Assembly (NCBI GenBank): GCA_000146465.1
Contig: CP001951.1
Direction: 5' to 3' (one strand)
Length of the DNA stretch: 64,000 nucleotides
This document shows positions 29,356-39,129 of the stretch, in pieces (the stretch's first letter is position 1; each line of letters starts with the position of its first letter). The notes under the pieces are model-generated. The model saw nothing but the letters and a program-made list of their open reading frames with translations. It did not search any database and had not been told where the DNA came from. The translations under genes and the position numbers were made by a program.

Positions 29356-29429
29356 TGTTGATCGATCCCTTGCAATTATTTGTAGTTATAACAAATAAAG
29401 AAAAGCCCAAAAATCAACATAAACGGAGT

Positions 29430-30038
29430 TTATTGAAGCACTTTGTCTCCGGGATAGAAATATCTTTGGACCCCATTCCTAGAAATTGCAGACATTCTTA
29501 TGCATCCTCCAGAAGCATTGTCTCTGTTTATTGCACACGAAACTGCGTTTTTGATAAATCCAATTCCTTCCTCAAGACTCATCCCATTTTTCCAATTAAC
29601 ATCGCAATAGCCATATATAAACGCAGATCCAGAGCCTCCAATTGCCCAATCGCACTCCACAAGCGTCCCTCCGAGAGATATGTTGAAGATCCTTGGCTTA
29701 TCGTCGTATCCAGCAACTATGAGACCTGCCAAGAGGCTTGGATTCTCATATATGATCTTACTAGCCAGTGTTGCTGCTCTTTGAACCAAAGGAATAGAGC
29801 TTTCAAGATGTGAATACAGAGTAAGATACATCTTTAGGTACTCAGAAATCATTTGTGTATCTGCCGAGCTCCCTGACCTACAAACAAATATGTTATTTGT
29901 AATCGGTGTAAGCTTGTCAGTCACTCTGCTTGGGATATATGCTCCCATCGATGTTCTTGAGTCTGCTCCAATCAATACTCCATCATCATACTTTATTGCA
30001 ATAATGGTGGTGCCTGTCATCTCCTTCTTATTAAACAT
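29430..30038 (-). CDS. 20S proteasome catalytic subunit beta1 (PRE3/PSMB6-type)
   Basis: Propeptide then TTIIAIKYDDGVLIGADSRTS with Thr1; GSGS..YGY motif; close to beta1 throughout. Confidence 0.85.
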   Translation of the reverse strand: MFNKKEMTGTTIIAIKYDDGVLIGADSRTSMGAYIPSRVTDKLTPITNNIFVCRSGSSADTQMISEYLKMYLTLYSHLESSIPLVQRAATLASKIIYENPSLLAGLIVAGYDDKPRIFNISLGGTLVECDWAIGGSGSAFIYGYCDVNWKNGMSLEEGIGFIKNAVSCAINRDNASGGCIRMSAISRNGVQRYFYPGDKVLQ

Positions 30039-30110
30039 CTTCCAAGGGCAAGGCTATCTTTCTTTTGTTATCAAAGATACCAAAAACACCTCGATAGAAA
30101 TGTATCACTC

Positions 30111-32201
30111 CTAGACAATGTTCTTAAGAGGGAGTGTGAGATTAACAACAATGTTCTCTTCAGTTGTGTCTCTGTCCACACAGAAATACCCAATGCGTTG
30201 GAATTGGAATCTATCCTCGACACCGGCTTCACTAATTCTTTTGTCGCAAAGCCCGTGGACAATTTTTAGACTATCTTTGTTCATCTCCTCAAGATAGGTA
30301 GAGTCCTTTGGACTGAATGATGTCCAGAGTGGAGAATACATCCTCATCTCTACTCGGACACAGTCCGAACTAACCCAGTGGATGAACTTTTTAGGAATCC
30401 CATCCCATCTTTCTGCAAGGATCCCGTCTTCAGTTACCTTTACAACCCTTATTGGATAAAGCATGTACAACCCAACAGGCTGATCAAGTGTAAGTCTTAA
30501 AAAGTCTCCATCTCCCTTATCCATAAAGTCCGACTTCTCTATGTATATGACTGGAGTAAAGGGAACATTTCTGCTTACCTCTGATCCAGGGAAATCTGGA
30601 ATAGATACACTACAGGGCTCGGCGTTCATTATTGTTACCTTTAAAGGATCTCTTACACACATGATCCTTCTAGAAGTTCTGTTGAGATTGTCTCTAACAA
30701 AATTCTCGAGTTTCTTTACATCCACTATTGTTTCAGCAAAAGTAAGTCCAAGACTCTTACAGAACTCGTTGATGGCTTCAGGAGGGAATCCTCTCCTTCT
30801 CATGCCCTTTATTGTAAAAAGACGGGGATCGTCCAACTCTATCCCATACTTCTTCAGAGGGACCAGCTTCCTCTTGCTCAAAACCGTATTACTTATGTTC
30901 AGACGGCTAAACTCCCATTGGATTGGTTTGTAAATCTCGAGCTGGTCAAGCAGCCAATGATAGCTCTCCTGCCGTGTAAAGAACTCTCTCGTGCAGAAGG
31001 AGTGTGTTACATCTTCCAGGCTGTCAGACACGCAAAGAGCGAACTCATATGTTGGATACACGGTATATCTCACCTTTTTCATAGGATGCACTGCATTCAG
31101 TATTCGAATCCCTATCAAGTCAAGCATTAGAGGATTCTTTGTATTCGTATCCATTTTGAATCGAAGACATGCTGTTCCTTCTTCCCACTTACCATCAACC
31201 ATCTCCTGAAAGATTCTTAAATTCTCCTCGACCGACCTGTTTCTGTATTGGCTTAGATGTGATCTTTCATTCATGTTGTCTGATGTGTATTGTCTTCTTC
31301 TCTCACATATTTCCTCCTGGCTTAAGTGGCAGACATATGCTTTTCCCTTTTTTATAAGCTGAAATCCAAACTCAACCATCTTGTCGAAGTAATCGCTTGA
31401 TGCAGTAACCTTATAGGGCTCAAACCCAAGCCATCGAACGTCCTCATAAATCGAATCAAAGTACTCCACTTCTTCGTTCTTTGGATTTGTATCATCATAT
31501 CTCAAATAAGTATATCCTCCAAATTTCTTGGCATATTCAAAGCTCAAATTTATTGCCTTTGCATGCCCAATATGGAGAATCCCGTTAGGTTCAGGAGGAA
31601 ATCTGGTAACCACTCTCCCTCCTGTTCTCTTTAAGTGCGCTTGCCTTATCTCTTCACTGACCTGTGGGGTTTCCCCAGGTTTTGGAAGTTTCCTGATCTC
31701 TCCTTCTTCCAGCCAGTCTCCTCCTTCTAGGTTTTCCTCATGCTCTTCCACATCATCGGGGATCTTATTTATTTCTTCCATCACAATTCTGAAATCCGCG
31801 CAAGGCATGGTATTTCTTGCTTTGCTAAGCATATCTTTCTTTGATAATCCCTCTCTCCTCATCTTAGCAATGTTATTCTTTATACTCTCCTCGTCAACTT
31901 CATTGGACTTTACAAAGGAAACCATTTCCTCGGCCGAAACCTCTTTTTTCCCCATATGTTTTAAGCACTCCTTCAGCATACTCTCGTTCTTTATGGTTCC
32001 AGACTCAATGAGATTGGCTAGCAACTCAACATTGGCATTTCTTGAAGCTGTGCAGGCAAGAGTATATAAAAGTCTGTTGGAGAAGGATCTTCCAGAAAAA
32101 ATCTTCTCCATATTCTTCACAACCTGTTCCTTTTTCATCACTTCATGTCTCTTTTCAGAGGAAATCTCTAACTTCTCAAAAACCTCTTCAAGATTTAGCA
32201 T
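30111..32201 (-). CDS. glutaminyl-tRNA synthetase
   Basis: RFPPEPNGILHIGHAKAIN (class I HIGH) and VLSKRKL (KMSKS). N-terminal appended domain. Track start 32216 is TTG; first ATG is 32201. Confidence 0.85.
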   Translation of the reverse strand: MLNLEEVFEKLEISSEKRHEVMKKEQVVKNMEKIFSGRSFSNRLLYTLACTASRNANVELLANLIESGTIKNESMLKECLKHMGKKEVSAEEMVSFVKSNEVDEESIKNNIAKMRREGLSKKDMLSKARNTMPCADFRIVMEEINKIPDDVEEHEENLEGGDWLEEGEIRKLPKPGETPQVSEEIRQAHLKRTGGRVVTRFPPEPNGILHIGHAKAINLSFEYAKKFGGYTYLRYDDTNPKNEEVEYFDSIYEDVRWLGFEPYKVTASSDYFDKMVEFGFQLIKKGKAYVCHLSQEEICERRRQYTSDNMNERSHLSQYRNRSVEENLRIFQEMVDGKWEEGTACLRFKMDTNTKNPLMLDLIGIRILNAVHPMKKVRYTVYPTYEFALCVSDSLEDVTHSFCTREFFTRQESYHWLLDQLEIYKPIQWEFSRLNISNTVLSKRKLVPLKKYGIELDDPRLFTIKGMRRRGFPPEAINEFCKSLGLTFAETIVDVKKLENFVRDNLNRTSRRIMCVRDPLKVTIMNAEPCSVSIPDFPGSEVSRNVPFTPVIYIEKSDFMDKGDGDFLRLTLDQPVGLYMLYPIRVVKVTEDGILAERWDGIPKKFIHWVSSDCVRVEMRMYSPLWTSFSPKDSTYLEEMNKDSLKIVHGLCDKRISEAGVEDRFQFQRIGYFCVDRDTTEENIVVNLTLPLKNIV

Positions 32202-32770
32202 AGAGGGTAAACACAAATTTTTATTAAATGGTCTCTAGATCTCTCTAATCATGGCGGGTAAGTCTCTTTTTCCTCTGTTCCAACTCCTTCAGATATTCAT
32301 CCACAGCCCTTATTTCATCGATTATTGCTTTTCTTCTTTTCTCAGCTCTTCTCAAAAGAATATTGACAATCTCTAATATTCTCTTAATCTTCTTGTTATT
32401 GTCATACATCTCGCAGGGATTCTTCAAAACGGTTTCTTCTCCTAAGATCTCACTTCATAGTAGGAGGGATTGTTAGCGCTCAACCAGGGGCTGGGAAATA
32501 GATAATCATTCAAGACTTCAAACCACTCCGGCCCGTCACTTTCCAAAACTTCATGCATCTAAACTAAATAATAAATTAATTATTCCATAGCAATGAATCG
32601 GCCTGCTTCATCAATTCATAGTATTTGACAGATCGAGCGATGAGTATTCAGATTTATCCATAAACATGATATGATAAATTCATCTTATGATATATGGGAG
32701 ATTCCTTTTATGGAAATGACATTTATGGAGAGGATAGGGCTTCTAATTGTGTCTATAGTTGCTTTAAGGT

Positions 32771-33262
32771 ATGGGATATAATTTGGCAATGACCCCAGCT
32801 TTGTTCATGTCAAGGTTGCCCAATCTTGCCTCCTCTCGTATGAATGAAATAAGAAAAGTCTACATAGAAGCCAACAATAGAATTGTTGAGGAAATAGATG
32901 CAGTAACAGAAAAGTTCTCAAAAGAAGTTGAGACCATTCCTAACATCTCGGCCAGCGTAAGGATATATCTTGAAGAAAAAATCAGATCTATACGTGAGTT
33001 TGTTGTCGATAGTATTGGATTTTCAATAGGCGAGTTTAGAGCCTTATACAATCCCGATGGAAATGAAAGCATAAAAACGAGAAGATTTCCAAAGTTCATA
33101 ACCGAGGCACTAGAAAGGAGCTTTGAGATTGACCAATATCCGTCCGAAGCCGAAAAGTCAAGACTTGCAAAAATATGTAAACTTTCGACAAAGCAAATAA
33201 ACAACTGGTTTACGAACAAAAGAAATAGAAGCAAAAGCCATGATGGGGGTAGGCAGTACTAG
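32771..33262 (+). CDS. homeobox protein, typical (non-TALE) 60-aa homeodomain
   Basis: RRFPKFITEALERSFEIDQYPSEAEKSRLAKICKLSTKQINNWFTNKRNR. Helix1-loop spacing matches a classical homeodomain with no 3-aa insertion. ATG confirmed. Confidence 0.8.
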   Translation: MGYNLAMTPALFMSRLPNLASSRMNEIRKVYIEANNRIVEEIDAVTEKFSKEVETIPNISASVRIYLEEKIRSIREFVVDSIGFSIGEFRALYNPDGNESIKTRRFPKFITEALERSFEIDQYPSEAEKSRLAKICKLSTKQINNWFTNKRNRSKSHDGGRQY

Positions 33263-33798
33263 GCTGTGAATGGGAGGCGCATATGATTTTAATATAATCC
33301 ATGTATGTATTTCTTTGAAGTAAAGTAAGAGACTAAATTAGTATAACTCTTCTTAAAGCCCCAATGGCAAGTAATATAAGTTATTCTTGATACGAAGATC
33401 AATCTCACCTCGATTCTCTATTTTAGGAAAGGTGAAATTTTCGTGGTAGGAAGATCTTTGACGACCTAAATTTCGTAGGAGAAAGATACGACAGAATCGA
33501 CCGAGTGTGAATGAGATAACATAGTATTTTAATTGTTAATTTAAACAATTAGTTTTCGATGTAATATACAAAACCACCGATGTGTAGAGGAAATTGGTTC
33601 CAAGACAGAACACTAGAAAAGGATGTTACAAGACAACATGAGACTGTAGACTTCTATGCGCGCTTGGATAGGCCAGATTCTATTTATTTCTGTCATATTG
33701 ACACAATTGAAATATTAAATTATAAAACCTCTATCAAACAAGATTAATTAAGCTATCGCGAGACAATTAGATAAAACAGAGTGAATGGAGCGGTAGCC

Positions 33799-34368
33799 AT
33801 GAACATGATAATGGATATATTGAATCAAGTTATGTATGCTGAAGAATGCTATTTCTCCAACAGAGTTAGCAGAGAGAAATTAATGGAAGACATAAGACGT
33901 CTTCGGAGTGAATACGAGATTGGAATAATGAGAGACTCTGGAAGAGAAGGAATAAAATTCAAAATGGCATTGCTATTTATTCTTAGAAGAGTGAGACACA
34001 AGATTATACTTGAAGACAGACTCATGGAGATGATTGATTCCGAGGTTGCTTTCGTTAGAGGATGTGTAAGCAGTATCATCTCTGAGCCCTTCGGAGTCAA
34101 GCCTGTAGAAACCATGAGGCCTACACAACAAGAAGCAGAGACCAGGTGTGCCAAACCAAGGACAAGGGCCAACTTCCCTATGGACACTTCACAGCTTCTG
34201 AGATCTTGGCTTAAAGAGAATATGGATAACCCATATCCATCGGATGCCGAAAAGGCATATCTTTGCCAGAAGACTGGCCTTGGTCCTGCACAGATTAATA
34301 ATTGGTTTATAAATGCTAGGAGAAGAATCTTACCTTTCATGAAAGGAAAGCGTGCGAGTTTCAAATAA
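33799..34368 (+). CDS. homeobox protein, TALE class
   Basis: TRANFPMDTSQLLRSWLKENMDNPYPSDAEKAYLCQKTGLGPAQINNWFINARRR has the PYP three-residue insertion and the WFINARRR helix 3. Track start 33781 is GTG; first ATG is 33799. Confidence 0.85.
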   Translation: MNMIMDILNQVMYAEECYFSNRVSREKLMEDIRRLRSEYEIGIMRDSGREGIKFKMALLFILRRVRHKIILEDRLMEMIDSEVAFVRGCVSSIISEPFGVKPVETMRPTQQEAETRCAKPRTRANFPMDTSQLLRSWLKENMDNPYPSDAEKAYLCQKTGLGPAQINNWFINARRRILPFMKGKRASFK

Positions 34369-34689
34369 ATTTATATGGGAGTTTATTGGTTAATTATCTT
34401 ATCCATCGGTAGCCACACATTTAGAACTCCAAATAAAGGCTCGAAAGATTCTGAACAACTGTATTAGAGTCTGGTTCGGATGTGTCTAGAAGCCAACTAC
34501 TGCCCACCCCGAGATAACTAGTAAAAATGGAAAATCCATATGAAATAAAATTATGGGTAGCTATTAATTAAAATAAGTTTAAATTTCATAGATATAAAAC
34601 GACCTTATTGCTTTTAATGGATTATTGTGAGCATTTATTTCTTCTATAAGATCATCATGCAAAAAGTTTGAAAAAGAAGGCTGCTCATG

Positions 34690-35838
34690 TCAGCTACTTT
34701 CCTTAAGCTCAAACTTTATTCCCTTTGATGATAGTCTCGGGATGATGTCTGTATTGTACAACACACAGGCCGGTGTTATAACCCCTCCCCGGAAAAGAGT
34801 TACGCCTGTCCCTCTTTCTTTCTGATTAAGGCTTCTCAAAAATGTAACTGCCGTCTGAGTCAAGCATACCGAAGTCACTATATATGCAGGGTCTGGGCCG
34901 GTTATTGTGAGCAATTTCCCAACTATCTCATTCCCCTTTTCCCCTCTGGCTCTTATTTCAATTGTAAAGTCTGCATTTCTGATCTCTTCGAAGGAAGGCC
35001 TCCTTTTAATGGTTCGGAAAGCAAACATCTTGGCTAGACTCGTGATAATCCATCTTCCAAATGAAAATCCAGAGAAAAGCCATATTACCCAAGCAAGGAT
35101 TCGATATTTTATCATCTCAATCCGCCCCCCGACATCTAGATATGCAGAGTACTTCGCCCCATTGATCCCTATAGACTCCATTAGCTCCTGGCTTCTTCTC
35201 ACAACAGAATAGTCTATTCCCCGAAAGATCACCTGGTAGGAATTTTTCTTTACAACCCGGAGAGATCGCCTTTTCTTTCCCTGACCGTATCTCTTCTCTC
35301 TGAGGGCGTTCATCTCTCTGAAATTTGCAACCGATGCAAGAAGAGATTCCCAAGTGGTCAAGTTCACAACAACATTACTGACCTTGAGAACACTCTCTAT
35401 CTCTACATAGTACTCAAACATATCTCGGAGATACATAACTCCAATGTCTGAAGGGACAGATTCAAAGCCGCAGCAGTTGATGATGTATACACCCTTCCTC
35501 ACGGCTTCGTCATGGTATTTGTTGATGATAAGTTCAAAGAAATATACCTCTCCAGATATGTCCATGTAATGTGTTCCATTTCTTATACATGACTTGACAA
35601 TGCATTCTCCATGGATGGAATAAGGTCCAACACAGTTTATTAGAACCTTTGTCATGGATGCAATTTCATCAATATTATCTATCTTGCATTCGTAAACAGG
35701 AAATGCCTTATCCTTTATTTTGCTTATGTTTCTTGATGCCAAGGCCAACCTAACGTTTTCGGCCTTGAAGGCTTCTATGATGTATCTTGCAGCATATCCC
35801 GAGGCACCGTAGATTATGAAGTCAAACTCTCTTTCCAT
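34690..35838 (-). CDS. saccharopine dehydrogenase-like oxidoreductase (SCCPDH family)
   Basis: N-terminal Rossmann fold FDFIIYGASGYAARY; an internal TM segment, as in the SCCPDH family. Confidence 0.6.
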   Translation of the reverse strand: MEREFDFIIYGASGYAARYIIEAFKAENVRLALASRNISKIKDKAFPVYECKIDNIDEIASMTKVLINCVGPYSIHGECIVKSCIRNGTHYMDISGEVYFFELIINKYHDEAVRKGVYIINCCGFESVPSDIGVMYLRDMFEYYVEIESVLKVSNVVVNLTTWESLLASVANFREMNALREKRYGQGKKRRSLRVVKKNSYQVIFRGIDYSVVRRSQELMESIGINGAKYSAYLDVGGRIEMIKYRILAWVIWLFSGFSFGRWIITSLAKMFAFRTIKRRPSFEEIRNADFTIEIRARGEKGNEIVGKLLTITGPDPAYIVTSVCLTQTAVTFLRSLNQKERGTGVTLFRGGVITPACVLYNTDIIPRLSSKGIKFELKESS

Positions 35839-35929
35839 GTATGGGCACTTTAAAAAACATTATTTATCATTGAAAAGGGGGTAGTGGAATTTCTAAGGTT
35901 CCATAGACGAAAATTCTTCTCCAAGGCTC

Positions 35930-37474
35930 ATGTGCTTGGTGATTGGACATTCCCATACCAACGGCACAAAATGGACCAATAGAACTGGTGCAAGTCAAGG
36001 CAATTGGTTTCGAGGAATGTATGAATTAAGTACATATATGAAGGTAGGAAGAATCTTGGGAATGGATGGACTGTCTGGCAAGGACAAGGATAAGATGTCC
36101 GGAAAGAAAGAAAAGGAAGTTGGGACTCCCATATCAGCCGAGGGATCTAATGGAGAGGGAGAGGAATCTTTTGAATCTGATGTTATGAAGCATGTAATTG
36201 GGGCAGCATGTATGCTAAGCCATAAGTCTTCTGATGAAGATGTGACTGAGTGTAGCGAAGAGAAAATCTCTACGTTTGATGTTTATATAGTTAATGAAGA
36301 TGGGAAAGTTAACGGATATGAACTTAAGCACATAGGTCCTGCTGGGGGAGTTGAGTGTTCCAACTCTCCTCAAAGCTCTCCTTCAAACGAAATGATAAGG
36401 TCAAGATCTTTCCATTTTGATCGCAAAAACAAGGGACTTCCACCCCAAGAATTCTACAGAAGAAAAAAGTCTAGCGAGCAACTTCCTTGGAAGATCAATG
36501 GGAATTGTAGCAATGGATCCAAGGAAAAGTGTGAACCCATAATTCTTGAGATATCCGAAATTTCCGATGGATATAGTGTTGACGGGACGGATGAACATCA
36601 AGATATCAACGCTAGTGTCTGTAGCCAAGATACGGGCTCGAGCAAAATTTCGTTGAAGTGTGAAAATGAAACGTCAAACACCTTTGTTGATTTGAATTTT
36701 TCTAACAGACAAGAAACTTCAGAGAAGTCAGATTGCAGGGGTCTCCAATCGGACAAAGGCTCCCAAGACGAGATTTTGCTGCCATTTCCTTCACAAGACA
36801 AGGATTATACCTCCTCTGGATCGGCTTCTCCAGAGTCCAGAAATGGACCATCAAGAAATTCTGACCTTGAAAAGATAGCACTGTCTATTGTTAAGATAAC
36901 AGAGCCTGGGGAATCTGGGAAGGAGAAAGAACACGAATCTGATGCTCCTAAGGCCATGGGAAACATCATAAAAGCTATTCAAGCACAAGAGTCTGAAGAT
37001 AAGCTTGTCATAAACCAGAAGATTGGATTAAATAGCCCCTGTCCAATTAACGAAGAGAAATGTCTTGGGGAAGATGCAATGATGACCTCTGAGGATCTTT
37101 CTAGGGAGTTGAAGACTGCTCTGCTTGCAGCATTCATTCCTTCCATGGAGACGTCTGAAATGTCGGAAACATCGGAAAAGTCGTTCGTAGAAACCAGCAT
37201 CACTCGAAACATCGGTGGAAAGCCGGATTCAACAGAAGAGGTTGAAAAGTTTAGGACCGTTCTTAATATTGGCGATAGTGTTCCTCCTCTTTTGGATGTA
37301 AAAGATTTGGCCGGGAAAAAAGGTAAGGATGATGAAATGATAATCTTTGTTGAAGCCGAAGACATTGGGAAGAAAAGGAATGTGGCCACAAGAAATAATA
37401 GGGTTGGAAGATTGGTTAAATTCTTTGAAAGCTTAGAGGAAAGAAATAAGGAAAGAGATCCAAAAGAAGAATGA
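35930..37474 (+). CDS. hypothetical Ser/Glu/Asp-rich low-complexity protein
   Basis: 514-aa ORF from a confirmed ATG with no recognisable domain. Acidic, S/E/K-rich; the true start may be an internal Met. Confidence 0.45.
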   Translation: MCLVIGHSHTNGTKWTNRTGASQGNWFRGMYELSTYMKVGRILGMDGLSGKDKDKMSGKKEKEVGTPISAEGSNGEGEESFESDVMKHVIGAACMLSHKSSDEDVTECSEEKISTFDVYIVNEDGKVNGYELKHIGPAGGVECSNSPQSSPSNEMIRSRSFHFDRKNKGLPPQEFYRRKKSSEQLPWKINGNCSNGSKEKCEPIILEISEISDGYSVDGTDEHQDINASVCSQDTGSSKISLKCENETSNTFVDLNFSNRQETSEKSDCRGLQSDKGSQDEILLPFPSQDKDYTSSGSASPESRNGPSRNSDLEKIALSIVKITEPGESGKEKEHESDAPKAMGNIIKAIQAQESEDKLVINQKIGLNSPCPINEEKCLGEDAMMTSEDLSRELKTALLAAFIPSMETSEMSETSEKSFVETSITRNIGGKPDSTEEVEKFRTVLNIGDSVPPLLDVKDLAGKKGKDDEMIIFVEAEDIGKKRNVATRNNRVGRLVKFFESLEERNKERDPKEE

Positions 37475-37553
37475 ATGAATTAAATTTAAAATTTGTTTAT
37501 CAACAGTTGATTAAAATTGTCTTCTGGCGTCTGAGGAGAGGAGGAAAATATTT

Positions 37554-37910
37554 TTAGAGCAAAGTAGACTTAAAAAACGAAGTAGATTCTTCTTGCTTCT
37601 CACTAATAATTTCTTCCATTTCCTTATCGGTTGGAGGTTCATGAGAAAAAGGACAATCCTTCCTTGTGCAGTTTCCCTTTATGTGAAATGCTTTACATGG
37701 AAACTTGCTTGTATCATGCGAATATGTACAGTTATCCCCATGCTTACAGGAATTCATCAGAAAAAACTTACAAAGTATGGTACGATAGTTAGAAGCCGAT
37801 CTTTCGACTTCCCGAGGTTTTGGGGTGGTCTTTGGGACGATCTTGTGTACTCGGTATTCTAACAGATAGCTCTTATTAAGACGGGTAGGAACATTTAGTT
37901 TCGGAAGCAT
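37554..37910 (-). CDS. tandem CCCH zinc-finger protein
   Basis: Two fingers: C-x7-C-x5-C-x3-H (CKFFLMNSCKHGDNCTYSH) and C-x8-C-x4-C-x3-H (CKAFHIKGNCTRKDCPFSH). Confidence 0.6.
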   Translation of the reverse strand: MLPKLNVPTRLNKSYLLEYRVHKIVPKTTPKPREVERSASNYRTILCKFFLMNSCKHGDNCTYSHDTSKFPCKAFHIKGNCTRKDCPFSHEPPTDKEMEEIISEKQEESTSFFKSTLL

Positions 37911-37985
37911 TTTGATGGGTTACATAAAAATCCTTTTCTTTGTTAGAAACTAAGATGGGTATATAGAAAGAGAACCCCTTAATAA

Positions 37986-39044
37986 ATGGATCCAAAGATA
38001 GAGTTCAGGGTACCTGGGAAGGTAATTGTGAATGGGTCATATATAGTATTGGAAGGAGAAACATGCAGAGCCATAGCTCTTAAGGAATACATGATATCGG
38101 AGGCGATTAGGATGGAGTCTAGCAAACAGAAGATAGTAGTGGAGGTAGAAGGACAAGAAAAGATTACATACTACCATAACCGTAGCGATTTGCCAGAAGA
38201 CAAAGGCAAATCTTCATATTACTTACTCAAAGTTGTCGATTCCTTCTTTGAGGTTACGGGAATCATACCTAAAAACCAAATACAAATCAGAATGAAGGCT
38301 GGGAATGGATTCTTTGTCAATGGGCCTACAAGTGAGAAGACGGGGATTGGGTCATCAGTTTGTATCCTTGTATCCATAGTATATGCTCTCTTGAAATTCC
38401 ATCAGGAAGACCTCAACCAAATAATTTCTCTCAAGGGCTTTGAAAGATGGGGACGATCTCCCGTCTTCCGAGGGAATTTAGAGTCACATCTAGGCCATCT
38501 TTCTCTTTCCAAAGAAATTCTGAATCACCTTTTGTCTATAACATATCAGGTGCATCAGAAAACCAATCAAGGTGGATCTGGGTCTGATGCAATGTGTTGT
38601 CTCTTAGGGTCCATATACTCCAATCGAGAAGCATGCATTCCAATAGAAAAAGTTCCTCGGTATTTGATTCTTGGATCCTTTGGAAAGAGCACTTCGACAA
38701 GAGAAATGCTTAAGAAAATCGACCTTTCCGACTCCAAATGGAAATCTCTTAAAGATATGAATTCCAGAATTAACAAAGAAAGGAGAAATCCAAAGAAACT
38801 CTATATAGAATATCTGAACATTATAAGAAATATTAGTACAGCAATAGTCCCTGAAAAACAATATGAAATACTTATAAAAACCAATGAGTATGACATTTGG
38901 GGATGTGGAATTTCTGGTGCAGGGGGAGATGATTGTGTGTGGGTTCTTACGGATGATTATAAGAGTGTATATGAATATTGGCAGAAGGCCTTCGCCTTTA
39001 CATTTATAACAGAAGTATCCTACAAAGGAATTTGTTTATTGTAA
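37986..39044 (+). CDS. GHMP kinase, phosphomevalonate kinase (ERG8-like)
   Basis: VPGKVIVNGSYIVLEG (PGKxxLxGGYLVL of ERG8), KTGIGSSVCILVSIVYAL (GHMP ATP motif), and C-terminal GCGISGAGGDD. Confidence 0.65.
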   Translation: MDPKIEFRVPGKVIVNGSYIVLEGETCRAIALKEYMISEAIRMESSKQKIVVEVEGQEKITYYHNRSDLPEDKGKSSYYLLKVVDSFFEVTGIIPKNQIQIRMKAGNGFFVNGPTSEKTGIGSSVCILVSIVYALLKFHQEDLNQIISLKGFERWGRSPVFRGNLESHLGHLSLSKEILNHLLSITYQVHQKTNQGGSGSDAMCCLLGSIYSNREACIPIEKVPRYLILGSFGKSTSTREMLKKIDLSDSKWKSLKDMNSRINKERRNPKKLYIEYLNIIRNISTAIVPEKQYEILIKTNEYDIWGCGISGAGGDDCVWVLTDDYKSVYEYWQKAFAFTFITEVSYKGICLL

Positions 39045-39129
39045 AGTATTTCTTAGTGTGGAGTTCTCTAGCATCTCGGAAACCTATGCTTAATTGAATT
39101 ATTAAAGTCAGGAGATAAAGGAGAGATTT

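Noticed and set aside
32245-32427. 60-aa minus-strand ORF between GlnRS and the first homeobox gene
   Set aside because: Track start is TTG; from the first ATG (32409) it is only 54 aa of coiled-coil-like K/E/R-rich sequence with no family signature. Could be a real micro-protein but is unsupported.
33263-33798. tRNA or other small RNA gene in the long spacers around the homeobox genes (also 32428..32770, 34369..34689, 53684..54008, 55176..55370)
   Set aside because: Read through by eye for cloverleaf-compatible segments (5' G...T-loop GTTCRA...3' acceptor) and found none convincing. It cannot be excluded without tRNAscan or Infernal.
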